NCBI GenBank assembly: GCA_002633005.1
Contig: NMRA01000002.1
Location: forward strand, 2,530,802 to 2,594,801
Direction: 5' to 3'
Length of the DNA stretch: 64,000 nucleotides
From: Phoronis australis
Taxonomy: Eukaryota; Animalia; Phoronida
The notes below the pieces were generated by a model. The model saw nothing but the letters and a program-made list of their open reading frames with translations, was not told where the DNA came from and ran no database searches. Both the position numbers and the translations under genes were made by a program. Positions 1 to 13,204 of this stretch are shown piece by piece; the stretch's first letter is position 1; the number at the start of each line of letters is the position of its first letter.

Positions 1-493
1 TATTAATTTCAAGGGCATGGAGTCTTCTACATGCCCATGTTATTATTTTTAGTTTTCTCGCGGGGGCAGCTTCGCTATAAGGGTACAACTTACTGCTGGT
101 TTTTCACAAGACGGAAATGTGAGTCCACGGAAACAGTTCCAGTGTTACCATGGTAACCGATATTGCAGTGTCGATGCCGTTTTTACTGACATTGGTCATG
201 AACCTATCATGTGATATCAAAATTGTTCAGAAACGATTTTGTTTGAAGCAGAAACTGGAGTAGAAAATTTGGTCAAAAATGACTCATTCCACACCAAGAA
301 ATTGCCTCATTTTGCCCCCCAGAACACTTCCCCCTTGTATCTCCTAAACCACCAAACTTTGTAGGTGTCATACTTCACCCATTTTCTCTCATCCCTAATG
401 TGATTTATCAGACTAAACATGGATCTGAATGGCTGACCCCCCACCTTGCCGCTTGTTGGCTGTACAGTGGTCGGTGGATCCGTGGACTGATAC
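1..493 (-). mobile_element. Terminal part of a TTAA-flanked DNA transposon, same family as 19956-24960, truncated by the window edge; lies in an intron of the discoidin gene
   Basis: 1-493 is a near-identical reverse complement of about 19956-20445; it ends ...CGTGGACTGATAC|TTAA (494-497). Confidence 0.85.
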
Positions 494-680
494 TTAAAGC
501 CAGGGATATACATGTAGTAACTCAATAGATGGAGATAGTATTCCTATCGCCTGCGCCAATAAAAAGTATGGTGATAAAGATACAAGCCTCAATAAAGAAA
601 GATATAGTACATGTAGAGAAAATTGTGTGCTTTCCTTTTACATTCATCGTATGATATAGCCTCTTCACTGAGACATTTAC

Positions 681-1068
681 CTTGACTTGGTCATTTTGAT
701 CTTTAAGCAGTGTCCAGCTGAGACAGTTATCACTGTACTGCAGCCTGTACGATCTGACAAACTGCTCGTACTGTTGCGAGCGTCCTTTGGTCACCACCCC
801 GGTCACGCATCTCGCGTGACCAAAGTCAAACTGTAGCCACTGATGGATGTTGTTATGTTGGGAAGACCACGATCCCGTTAAGTCTCCCTTTACGGTTCGA
901 AAGATACGAGCCCTCCTTGGTCCATGGTTGCCATCATATTGAGATGAAGCGGTGATTCTTGAATCTTCAATGGGAGTATCACCCGACACAAGCAATTTGG
1001 TGCACGTGCTTTCATTGATGTCGTCAGTGGTGAGCCTTCTACCAACGGGTAGCTCAGAAGCGCAAGAT
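681..1068 (-). CDS. Internal coding exon of an F5/8 type C (discoidin/FA58C) domain protein
   Basis: Translation contains the hallmark motifs IEDSRITASS, GPRRARI, GSWSS, QWLQFDFG, VTGVVTKGR and FVRSYRLQYS. Acceptor ttcaaatgacag at 1070-1069; donor AAG|gtaaat at 680-679. The last strands of the domain must be in an exon left of the window. Confidence 0.9.
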
Positions 1069-1269
1069 CTGTCATTTGAAAATAAACAAAACAAACGTTG
1101 AAATGAATACAGACTTACATTAACATAAAAAACATAACACCGGGTATAACGCGCGCACACGCACGCACGCACACGCGCACATGCAAATCAGTCGCTTCGA
1201 ATTATCATAGAACTCAAATTAATTAAATTTAGGAGAGCGTGGCAGAGGAATCTATGATAATGCTGATTG

Positions 1270-2420
1270 TGAGATTAATTGTCTATTCTTGTGGGTGATC
1301 TAGTGTTGATTGTAGACACTGTATACATGTATATAGAGCTACAACGAAAACTGGTGGGCTTGAAGAATTTTGTAAAAACTGGCATCTCATAGTGAGAAAA
1401 TAACTGGTTAGAAGCGTGGTGGTGTAGTCTGTTCACACGAACAATGGTTCTTTGGCGATAAATTAATTGAAACCAAACCGAATTAGGTGTTAAATTCTAT
1501 TATGGTCTCAGTTGGAGACAAGCCTGCACAGTTCCTGCCGTACAGGCTCGATAAAATTAAATTTGATAAAGGCCCGTTTGTCTAAAGTACATTCAATTGC
1601 TCTTCACCGTGATTTCTTTTTATACTGATTGATGGTATGATCCTACCAATCTTAAGTTATGGTGCGGAGATTTGGGGGTGTCTCACTTGTCAATTTTATA
1701 GAAAGTGTTCATACCGATTTCTGCAAGTATGCCTCGCGACTACACTAACAGACGTTAAATGAAGTGACTAGAGGCTAGTGTGGTTGATATTAATTAAGTG
1801 TTGTACACCTACTACATGTTTACTGGACATTGTTTACTGGACAAGGTTGGTACAGATGAAGCCTCATACATGTACATTTAGGTATCCAATTTAGTGTTAC
1901 AATACACTGTACGTTACGGCAACAATTTGAGGACGCCGGCAGACACAGTTGGACGTGTTCCGTGAAAACGCTACTGCGCACCTACGGGTTTAGAAAGGTA
2001 TGGTTATACGGTACGGGTGGTGTTGATTCATTTGTTTCAGAATTTCGTCAGAAATTAATTGAATGTGACATACAAAATTAGGTCTCTGTAATCAATAATT
2101 CGACTAAATATCAATTTTATTGCACTATCAAAACGGAAGTACACTGTGAACACCCTTGTACGTTTTAGACCTCTACCAAAGGAAAATACTTGCTCTTTTT
2201 AGATGCTCAAAGCACTAGCTTTACGTTGAAACGGGGCAGTTCGCACTGTCTAATCGAGGATGAGCGAATTTGTGGAATATGCAATACTAGTCAAATTGAA
2301 AACGAGATTCATTTTATGTGTCACCGCCTTGTCATTGGTGATGTGCATGTACGTAGAAATTTGCTGGCGAATATGGTAGATGATGAAAGAGTACTTAGAT
2401 TATTTCAAAGCCATGACTTT
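1270..2420 (+). mobile_element. Degenerate LINE (CR1/L2/Crack-like), RT C-terminus to 3' end
   Basis: Broken frames give ILPILSYGAEIWG, ESVHTDFCKY and ERICGICNTSQIENEIHFMC, typical of the post-RT region and terminal Cys motif; many stops and frameshifts. Confidence 0.8.
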
Positions 2421-4102
2421 TGCAGCCTCCGTGACGGAATTCATTGTGTAATCGGCCATGCAGAGAACAATGACAAGACACCATAGCGCATTATATTCTA
2501 CAATGGCAGGAACGCGGAATCGCGATGGAAACCCTATGACAATTTTCCAAGGACAAGCGTTCAAGACAGTTCAGCAATGGTATTCAGGTAGGTCGCGGGA
2601 TGGATTGGACAGGACCCAACCCTGACTACCCCTAAATCACAATGTAATTGCGAAATATATAAACCTGCACTTTTGCCCCGTTGAGCTGAGGAAAATGAAG
2701 TTACACCTTTTATTCTCATAAAATCATTCTCAATTCCTTACGGCGACATGATTGCATTCCAGACAGTCATTAGAACTTTGAAACCCACACCGACTCAAGG
2801 TACCAAAAAATTGCGAATTCGAAAATGGCGTAACTGTGATACGCCTGTGACTCAAGTTGGTAATTAGCCTAATCACGATGTATTTCATGAGAGTAAAGGA
2901 CCTAATCAATTTCCTTTTTAGCCAACTGAACAGGGCGCATTGCAGCTTTAAATAAGCCTTCGAATCGTATAAACGGAGTACCAATTATGCTTTCCTGTCA
3001 TTGGACAGTGACACCACAGATTCCCCGAAACTAGGATTGCTCATCCTCAGAATATTTTTGAAGTGCTGCTTATAGATTTTTGACTTCTATCTCTTTTGCA
3101 CTAGTGCTCTGGGAAGGCGGTTCTTTATTTCCGTAACAACAACAATAAGAACAACAACAATTCATCAGCGCCGACTGTCGGCCACAATTTTGTTGTTTTG
3201 TTCTTCTTATTTAAATACCAACGATAAATGAAGAACTTACTACAAATTAATAAATGAAAGAAAACAAACGAGTAAATGGATTGGTGATTAATCAGAATCA
3301 CCACCACATTCATACGCTGTCGAAGATTTCGTTCAAGCAAGATTGTTTTAATGAGAGATTTAAATAATGCAATAATTGGAGCCTATCTAATGTGCGGTGT
3401 GCTGTGTCTCCGGTGTCATTTACCGGACATTTCTGAAATTTGGTTAGTGGATAGCTTATGTCCATCTCTATCTGTATTCAGCTCCGGCGACTGTGGTTTC
3501 AATGTTTTAGCCCGTTGCACATTTGTTGGTCTATATTTCTGAAGCTTGGTAATGTGATATACTTCGTCCACTGATTTTCTCAAACGCGGTACAACAGGAA
3601 TTGTGCTGATATTGCGTAATATTGGTCACCTTAGTATGGTACTGTTCCGGCCCGTATTGAATCTGTTCCGAATATACCAATTTGTCCCGTTCTCGTATAC
3701 GGGCGGCCCGTATCGTAATGTATTCTACATGCACTAGCCGTTACCGGTGCTTTCGCACGGGTAGCAGCTAGCCGAGTGGGAAGCGCCGAGGGGAAATAGC
3801 TACACCTAAGAATGAACATTAGTGTTCATCGCAAAAGACAGGAATATTTCTTGAAAAGACCGTGTTCAAAGCTTCGATCAGAAGAATTTCTGTCACTGGC
3901 AGATTTTAGTAGCCAAGGTGTGCGACTGCGGGATTCTTTTCCCAGGCAGTACAAATTTCTTTCCAGAACATTTGACCCTGCCGTAACACAAAGTACGGAT
4001 TTTCTTTAATTAACGTGAAAACTAAGAATGCATTTAAAAATACTGTATAACACACAAAGTATTTAGTTATATTTACAAAAGTTGCATCATAAATGCACAT
4101 AC

Positions 4103-4146
4103 TTAGGTAGAAAGCCAGCTAGCTGTATGAAGACTATCGTCAACAT
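4103..4146 (-). CDS. Probable first coding exon (signal peptide) of the discoidin-domain gene
   Basis: ATG at 4146 gives MLTIVFIQLAGFLP+AA|gtatgt. This phase-2 donor matches the phase-2 acceptor at 1068, giving MLTIVFIQLAGFLPKSCA-SELP..., a plausible signal peptide. Confidence 0.6.
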
Positions 4147-4235
4147 ACAGCTAGGTAGCTGTGTGTAGAGCTCCGTTAGACACCGACATTTCACACAACC
4201 CGGCGGGTGTTCAGCTCGTCACCTCGTCGTGAAAC

Positions 4236-4242
4236 TTATATA
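4236..4242 (-). promoter_or_regulatory. Candidate TATA box of the discoidin gene
   Basis: TATATAA on the minus strand, about 90 nt upstream of the proposed ATG. Confidence 0.35.
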
Positions 4243-4572
4243 CTCGGAAACCCAATGGTCGTCCGCCTAAGCATAAAACTGGCTTGTTGTCGTACACACC
4301 AAATTATTCCACTTCAAAGTTATGCTGTGAATATGATTTGATTTAACTCTCACAAATATATAGTATTCGTTGATTCAAACGTTTTCTTTTTTACTTATGC
4401 ATTGCTTTTCGGTAGCCATTATATAGTGACATTTAAGGTCGTCACATGCTGCCGTCTTTTGAAAGAACAGAAAACCACGCAGAAAAAGGCCAAAAAAATA
4501 GTGGAAAGTGGTTTACAACAATTCTAGTTCAACCACAAACTGTTTCAAAGGTATTTTATCGATTTTTCAATC
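4243..4572. repeat. Interspersed repeat; second copy inverted at about 35995-36343
   Basis: About 330 bp align in reverse complement (e.g. GTCGTCCGCCTAAGCATAAAAC, TCTCACAAATATATAGTATTCGTTGATTCAAACG). Confidence 0.8.
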
Positions 4573-5679
4573 CCAACGGACTGATGTCACCAAGCCCAGT
4601 ACGAAACTGGCCACCCTCCCTCTGCGTCCGCGAAAAAACGGCCCGCGAGAAATAAATAGAACACCTCGAATCCAAATTGGAGGCCGGTGCAATACCTGGA
4701 ACCAAGGCAGTGCCGAAACGGGTGCAACGCAGGTCTCTATTGGAGCGGGGGAGACAGAGTTGGTGTAAACGATGCATTTTTTATAATAGATGATTGAAAT
4801 TAAAACATTAAACTGAATACAATTCATTATAATTCGGCATGTTTTCATCCAATCGAGACTTGGTTTTCATAATTTCAATTTATCTATTGTTTTCCAATCA
4901 TACCGCTAGGACGTCAAATGTTGTCATCGGTCATCTGACAAATCGCACCCTGTAGAAACTATAAACCCAGACCGTGAATCGAGCAGACGATGTCAATACA
5001 TCAAAGCAGGTAAGAACAAGCTAATCTATCAAGAGAGGATAAATCAGGGGAAAGACGCATCAGCGGTCGCAAAATAAACCAAATGTAGACCGATCTTTCG
5101 GGCGTGTCATATCGTATGGACAACAGGAGAGCAATATTGTCCTGCCTCGTTCCATATTACCCGATATCACCCGGACCTCTGGATAGGTCCATATTTATAC
5201 AATAACTTATGATGTGCAACATTTCACCATAGCGGGTTGTGGTTTCGATTTGCTAGATGAAAAACTAATTTTGGCTCACCTCGTCTGGACCACTAAGAGT
5301 AGGAGAAATGCTGAAGACGCGAGAACTTTGTCCGCTAGCATGATACCAGAGTAATGTCTGCTAAGTATAACACTGTTGTGTTTCCAAACAGCAAGTGGTA
5401 TTGCGCTTAGTGCCCCTACCTTTATATGTTTCTACCCTCGTACCAAATATACCACCGTAACGGGCAGTTCCGGCATGTCAGTCAAGTTATTAATTCCAGC
5501 CAATCAGGGCGTGCGAAAATGTAAACACTACAAACGTCCTTCATCAGCAGTGAAGATGGCTTTCCGTGAGTTTGGGAGACTGGCAGTGCAGATGAAAAGT
5601 TTAAAGTCGATTTCTCGCAATTTGATGTTAATAGGCCTTAAGCCACATAAAATTAATTTGCTTCCCCTGGTGATACTGA

Positions 5680-8600
5680 CCGTAAAAAATAATCCTGTCA
5701 TTTCAGGGCATCAGAGGACCCAACCTATGAAAAATTACAACAGAATGGTTCTTTGCATAAATGGCATGTTTAAACCTTGGTGTCAGAAAAAAGTCTACCG
5801 AAATCGAAGTGGCGAAAGTCGTTTTTTTCAAGATGCCGGGAAAAATGGACGCCAGAACCAGTGGTTGCTGCTTTCTGGAAAGTTACTCTTATGTACCAGC
5901 AGGAAATAAAATAAAGCTAGTCATTGGTTTTTTACTTCTCATAACAGACCTACCAACCAATAAATGGCAGTTTTCCGCAAAATAAAACCAACATGGCCGA
6001 CAAAATGTGGGCCGAAACGGTAATTTAGTACATGTTGCAAAATTTCTTTTTATACTTTGCCCTGAAAATGGCAATTTTTTATGCTTTTGTAAGTTAGACA
6101 ACTGAAAATAGCTGGACCTCACAGTTGGTCATTGGTTGGAGAGAAAAAAATCAAGATGACTGACAAAACGGTCGTCAACTCACAAAACCCCAATTTACCG
6201 CATCTGCGTACTGCAAAATTTATTTGTAAACTGATAAGCGTTTAGATAAAGACATTTTAAAATCTAAGTCCGGCTTAATAAAATGGTTGCTTATGTGATT
6301 TTTTTAACATTTAGATACTAACTGTGGAATTTTCATCACATTTATAACATTTAACATGAAAGTTAGTCAGTGTGTTTTTTCAGAGAAAGGTTAGTTAGTT
6401 TTTTTTCTTCTTTATTGTGATATTTAAAATGAGGGTGGCCTCTTCAGTGATAGCACTGCTTTCCAAGAGGGCCCTCAAAAGATTTCACACAGTCAATTAT
6501 TTTTCTAAAAAATACATTAATTTGAGGTATCAAAAATAATGTTTGTTTGAAAAGTATGTAATTCTGGAGGAATTTTCAACCTATTCATGAGACCAACTTT
6601 GCATCACATTGGATAGGGTGTGGATTTGCTCTCTGTTATTGCACATATTGTTAGTCGTTCCCATGCGTGGAGAATTCGACTGCTGAGTTTACACTGTACC
6701 TGCATTTGATGAAAAGTAAGTAGATTTGTGAAACGAAAATTTAATTAAGTTAGTTTGATCGTCAGAATGTCTGGAGACAGGTTCCACAGACATCCCAACT
6801 GATCACACAACTACAGATGTATACACTGAGATATGCAATCCACAGGCAAGGTCTTCCGATTCTGAGCCTTGGATGACAGTGGAGAATACCCTCACGAGAG
6901 TTCACTTCTGGCTACCGACATGCTGCCACTGATATATTCAAACACGACTGAATCAGAGTGTAGGTCTTCAAAATTCGCAGTGACAGAGAATGTTTCAGCA
7001 GATGAGTCAATGAACACTGATGTACTGGAGTTGATGATTTGAAGGCTGACCTGAAGTTGTATGATGATCTCATAACTGGCATGACGTCTATGTGCGGCGA
7101 TGTCTGCTCGTCCGAGAAACTTGCAGGAATCCATGAAAAAATCAACGCACATAAATCAGAGTTGACTTGCAAAGTCGAACCAACAGTCTCAGGCTACAGT
7201 ATAAGAACATGGCAGGCATCCTTTGATTTTTTTCTAAAAGCAGAAAGAACGTCGGGATTGGTAACTTCACTTAAAATTAGTTTCTGAAATACTGCCTTTG
7301 CAGCTACTGGTCACAACTCATATGAAAAATCTGAAAACACATACTTCCTCCACAACAGAAACCCATTCGAAGGGAAAACATTACAGAACATCACCACTGG
7401 TGTGACAAAAGGCACACATGTCAATGTCGAAAGTGCCAGAGAAGTGAGCAATGCGATTCTTTTGTCTATGGAGGGGTCGAGTATAAAAAACTTTACATTC
7501 AGAAAGTAAGACAAGGTTGTGGCAATGACAAGTCCTTCAGTTCGTGTTGACTTTACTGGTTTTACACGAGTGGATCCACAGCTACTGGTTCAGCGATTAC
7601 TGACAGCTGGTCTTCCTGGAGTCGCTAATAAATCAGTATTAACTGATGCTCTCTGGTCCAGTGGGTAACTACCTGATGATTACCAATTTTCAGAACACAA
7701 ACACGGGGGTTGCATGTAATCGACGTCGATTCACTCCTTAACCGTATTCCATGGCCTAGAGGTGCAACCTTTCAGTCAGTTGACAGAACTTACGTGTATT
7801 GCGTCAGCAAGTAAACCCAGCCTACTGTTGTTTTTGATGGTTATGGAGGTGGCCCATCATATGAAGATGTCTCCTATATTCGAAGACTGGGTAGGGTGGT
7901 TGGAATTGAAGTTCACTTCAACGGTGACACGGTGATCAAGTCAAACAATAAGCATTTTTGAAGATAGCGAAAGTTCATTCACTTCATGTCAGGTTTGCTA
8001 CGAAATGCAAGAAGTTAGGTTTGCCATGTTCGGTTGCATCATGATGCAGGGAATGCCGTGGTACATGTATAAGCTACAGCAATTTTAAATTCTCAATTGA
8101 CGTGGATTAGTTTAAATACTGGTTGATTGCGTATATATTTTGACCACACACTGGAAATTACTGCTTCAGACAGACTTGTTTAGAGAAGCGTACAATAGTG
8201 GGAGCTGTACAAAGGCTTAAAAAGTGTTTAACTTGCTAAACATTCCTGAAGCCATTTTCCTGTCTCAGTTGTTGCTGTTTTAATACAAGTTTACAACTAC
8301 CTGTAGGTGGTACAGTCGTTCTTCTGATGAGGCTAGTAGATCACTAAATTAATCACAGAACATTATTTTCGATACAGCACATTTTCTCAAGAGCAGAGTG
8401 ATCCCTCAGTCCATTCGAACCTGATTTTTTTTCACCCAAATACGTTCTTATTCGTTGAACATTCTTGAAAATGGTAGTCGCAATCATCAGAGCCAGGCAA
8501 AACTTATTTTAGCGAACGTGTTGACCTAAAAAGACTATTGATATGAAATCTGCGCAGATCAAGTTGCGTGTCTTTGGCCTCTGACGTTCTTACATGAAGC

Positions 8601-9075
8601 AATTCTTTGGTGGCCATCTTAGAAAATGGCGGAAGTAATCACTACAGTCAAACACAATGAGTCTCAATGGTGTAGTCAACCCATAAAACCTATAAGGCAA
8701 TTTTTAAATCAGGGCGCTACACTCATCTGTTCGTTCTCAAGTGAAGTTTTGCGACTCGAAATAGTTTTGGCGGCCATGTCGGAAAAAATGCGGACAGTGC
8801 CACCACAGTCATGCAAAATCATTTCCAACGGACAGGTTGACCCACAAAAGATAGGAAAACCTTTTTGAAATTTTTGTCTAGCACATTCCACTATTATAAT
8901 GGTTGTCTGCAAATTTGGCGGCCATTTTGTCTGCCATCTTGAAAAAACAACTTCCGTCACTCCGACTTTTTTCTCACACTATGGGGTGCGGAAGGATACG
9001 ATTTATACCATAAAACCTTCTGTTGCATTTTTCCCAGTCATCCGTGGAATAAATGGACTAATATACGCTCAACTG
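5680..9075 (+). mobile_element. Degenerate AcademX-type DNA transposon (transposase plus XPG/PIN-like domain remnants, about 6750-8030)
   Basis: Remnant peptides LYDDL, FLKAERTSG, FAATGHNSYEKS, VDPQLLVQRL, HVIDVDSLLNRIPWPRGATF and PTVVFDGYGGGPS. Imperfect long inverted termini at about 5690-5855 and 8915-9060. Boundaries approximate. Confidence 0.75.
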
Positions 9076-10684
9076 AAAACATTTTATTTGCAATGACAAA
9101 AGATTTTTAAATTATAAAAGCGAAATCATTTTTTTTGTCTCAGCAGTAAAATAGTAGAGCTATTTTACCGAAAAACCTACCCATCTCTGAGGTGTGAGGG
9201 TAGGGCGTAAGGAAATGAACAGTTTGGTTTTGTGAATATTTTGGCATCAGCAGTATGGGTCTTGTGTGGTTTGACGAAGGAATTAGTGACTGATCTGGTC
9301 ATAAACTTAAAGGACTCGGACTTACTTTACGAAAGCTTTAAACCAAAAATTCATCCAAAATGATCCCCGTGATGATTTTCAACAAGAAAAATTAATGCAA
9401 CTGGTTATTCGATTTTTTTTAAAACCTGCGAGCTATTAACCAACATCACAGTGAAAGACTTTGATTCATTGATAGTTTAATACGAGTATGCACGTCATTA
9501 GTTAAGGGATCTCTGCATGATAGGTTCAATAGGCACAAAAGTGTCTGAGTTTTCAGAAAGCTTTGGGGTAACGCCGGGATTGTGACTGTAGAAAATCTCG
9601 TTATTGGATGGCCAAAATGAAACTAGTCAACATTATAGCTAAAACGGAGGTATTTTTACACTCGAAATAAGACCAAATCTGGAACAATATGTGTCTCAAA
9701 AAATGTTTCCACCCTCTAACCAGAGGCTGAACGTAACAACCATACATCAAATTCCTTGACTCTGGCGTGAGATTTTCATGGTGACTGTATATTTGTTGAG
9801 GTTGGTGGTTTTCATTCTATTTTTCATCTTCAAAAATGCTTGCTAGCATTATTTACAAATCATACAGGCGTGCGCCATTCCAGATTTCTCCTGCATGGAA
9901 ACTGCCTTCTCGGCACTCCACATTTGCAGTCATTGCAACAAATGACATTCTGTTGTTGTTTTTTTATCAAAATCGTTTGAAAAAGGTTTTTAAAATCACA
10001 CAACTCTCTTGCAGCTGCCGGTCCACCCAAAAGAATCTATGAGACGACACTTCGCAAACAGCTCTAGTCTTTGATAGATTATGAGTAGATACTGTCAGTT
10101 GAGCACAAGCAGTGCATCTCGACATCACCTCATCGAGAAGTTGTAAACCTACCACATGCTGAAGGTAGATTAACTATTATACCGATCAGTCACTACTGCT
10201 ATGCCATCTGGGATGTACATGTATAAAGCATTCCCAGAATATTGGAAATCTACTGGTGTAACATTTCTGCAAGTCGGCCTAGACTGAAAATTCTGGTGAT
10301 GGTGAAAGAGCCACCTTGAGCAGCATCACTGATAAGCGGGGCTTCAAGCAGTACTTTGTGTGTTCTTGTACACGTATGTCTAATTGTGGTTCATTCTGCT
10401 TGTGTGATTTCACGGGAAACCAGAAATTCAATGCTCTTAGCCTGATACTAAATTGCATCAGTGCATTAAAATTTAAAAGAAGGACCACTGATTCAAAACT
10501 GTTTCGCACAGCGTCCTCTCCCCCTTTGTGGTACCTTTGTTCTGTTTATAAAACGTTCTCTTGACTATTGGCTTTTGGCTAAAACACAATGTCAGAAATC
10601 AGTCGTCGAATAGCATGCTATTTATTTTGAACACCAATGTCTTTTTGCAGCACTTGTGGTCTCATCACATGGTCTAACTGAAGC

Positions 10685-10970
10685 TGTCCCCTGTCCCCTC
10701 CTGTTACTCTCCAGTGTTTCGCCGCTGAGTGAGAGAATGAGTCTCCTGTGAAAAGCATCCCCCAATAAATGTCAAAGCCGGGATTAAAAAGTTAACGTGG
10801 GTGAGTTGTTCACGCGAGAAGGGACGTTATTTTTAAATAACCGGCTAATTAAAATTTGCCAGGTCAATTTTCAACGTTAAAAGTTACCACTTTCTGACCC
10901 GGGGGTCATAGTTGAAAAAGTAATCCCGTGTCATTTGTCCACGGGGTTCAAAATTTGATGTGACACCGGC
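10685..10970 (+). repeat. Interspersed repeat; related copy at about 13355-13635
   Basis: Shared TTCGCCGCTGAGTG(A/G)GAGA..GAG.CT.CTGTG.AAAGCATCC...GTCAAAGC and downstream GGGGTCAT...TCCACGG blocks. Confidence 0.65.
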
Positions 10971-12197
10971 TCTGTTGCTGATATCTGAGTCTTAGCTTAT
11001 AATATTCTGTGTTGATAAACAACTGAATTTTTGGTTTTCGATAAACATGATTATGTAACTTCGAAAATCGACTGATTCGTAAATTTTTTGACATTTAGAA
11101 GCTAATCTTGTCAGAATTGGTGGTGTTTCAGTGAAAGCAGACTGAAATTGCGAAAATCTCTTGTCATGCTCTAAAATAAATATCAAAGCACACTTGACGA
11201 TTTTTCCTCATCCGAAACAACCCCCAGTGGTATGGTTGAAATTCGGACAGTTCCACAGGATGCCACAAAAGTGTACTTATGGTGACAAATGCATTGGTTT
11301 CTGTCTTAGCATCAAGATCAGTAGTTTAAATCGACAAACAGGAGATCAAAGAGGACGCTTTGCATGTAATTAAAAGCACTGACCCTTTGTGCTAGCACTT
11401 TCTTGTTGTTGTTTTTTTTTTGTTTTTTTTTTTTGTTTGCAGTGGTTACACACAATTTCGTTCCCCAAGTATGTGACGTTTGCTGCCATTCCCGTGCATA
11501 CAGACCATGTGATGGTTCACGCACTCGATTTCAAAACAAGCTTTGACCACTGCAATTATCTGGTCCTCGGGAAGTGAATTTGAACTCCCGGCGTTGTTCG
11601 GAAGCATGAGTGGATTTTGGGTCACCCTGTGTCTCCAGCCACCACAAACTGCCGGATCGCCTTCGTTTTAAGAGATTTTGAAACAGCTCCAAAGTCCAAA
11701 GACTGTGAGTGTACCCATATTTAGCTCAATATAAGCTACAGTTTGGAGCCCCGTGCAATATCGGGACCCCATCAGGCCTACTTATTATACAAATAAAACA
11801 TTTGTGCAATCGTGCAATGTACAGTATGATTGACAGTCGAAATGCTATCACACTGGCATTGTATTATACTACAGGTGATTTCTTTTGAATTGCTGTGCAA
11901 CTGCGCTATATAAATCACCGTTTTTTTTCACAGTGACTTGCGGCAAAGATTAACCTGATTTCGACCCGTTCAATAGTGACGGAATGGCTACCCTGGATTC
12001 TGGTTTTGTCGTCAGTCTTTTCTTGCTGTGGGCACAAACGTATTCCGCGCACCTTGCTTTACAACCGACGGTCGGCCTCATACATTTTGACATAGATAAA
12101 AAACAGCGGTTTGACAAATAGACAAATAGTTTTCTAAACAGATTAGCATGGTGCAATCACGGATTGAAATGACCTAGTCGCTATTCTGCACAACGTG

Positions 12198-13204
12198 TTG
12201 GATGCGAGTAAAAATGGTGCTGGGCGAGTAAAAGTTGACTTGCCAGTCGCCCAGGTGGGGAGCGAATTTCAGAGCGCAAAAGCACTATATATCGTTTCCC
12301 AGATGAATATGAATAATTTTCCTCCTTCTTGTGCTGTTTTTATCATGAATTTAAGGTTCAGTTGGGTCATCGTGTCGATGTTCAGTAAAAATACCATCGG
12401 CGCAGTGCGATGGGAGAAAAGTGGATGACCGGTCCATGTGCTCATAGCAAATGAAATACCATATTTCTTGGAACTGGTTTCTTATTGTAATGTACAATGT
12501 CATTTTAGCCAAAAATTATTTTTATGACATTAGTCCTAATAAGCGCCCATGCCCCTATAGTAAGTAAGTAAGTAAGTAAGTATTTATTATAGTGGCATGT
12601 GTTCAAATGAATTTAAACAATGAATACGTTATAAAGACTAGGAACACCCAGCCCTCCACGGGGCTTATAAGTCACTTTAGATACATGATACAAAAAAGAA
12701 AAGACAAGTGTACGCACATTGCAAGACGACCAGAAAGAGAAGGTCGAGATAAAAGTGATCATAAATAACTGAATACAACTTTTCCTTACCTCAAAACTAT
12801 TTTTGATGAAAACTGAAGTTTTTCTAATAACATCTTTTTGCATGATTGTAATTAATTTACTTTCACAGCTTTCTGCACGGAATCGTGGATATTTAATCTC
12901 AACTTGACAGTAAAAGGTGTTTCTGGCATCTAAGAAAAACGGGCACTCAAACAGAAAATGTAGTTCAGTTTCGACCTACATGTATATAAGCGTCCCCACT
13001 CGTTTTCAGACTTCGCTAAAATAAGCGCCCAGTCCATGAATGTGTATATATTTGTGCGAAAAATGTCTTACCTCGCAGTTCTAAAATTCTACAGTAATGT
13101 ATTCAATTTATCAATAATATCCGACAGTCCTGAAAAATCATTGTGCGCGGAATTTCTAGTAGACCACGAGCCTTGCCGCTATGTCGGTAGTTAGCCGTGG
13201 CTGT
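12198..13204 (+). repeat. Interspersed repeat interrupted by a LINE; uninterrupted copy at about 60232-60895
   Basis: Direct alignment of ATGCGAGTAAAAATGGTGCTGGGCGAGTA... through ...TAGCCGTGGCTGT. Confidence 0.8.
12560..12985 (-). mobile_element. 5'-truncated LINE 3' end with (TTAC)n tail
   Basis: Minus strand reads ETELHFLFECPFFLDARNTF...SFEVRKSCI, then a 3' UTR, AATAAA and a tail seen as (TAAG)5 at about 12561-12581. It is absent from the repeat copy at about 60683. Confidence 0.8.

Noticed and set aside
522-1172. 216-aa ORF taken as a complete protein
   Set aside because: Both ends are intron read-through, including a (CA/CG) microsatellite; only 681-1068 is exon.
10020-10680. Coding-like composition on the minus strand
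   Set aside because: Stops in all frames and no motif I can recognise; probably an unclassified transposon remnant.
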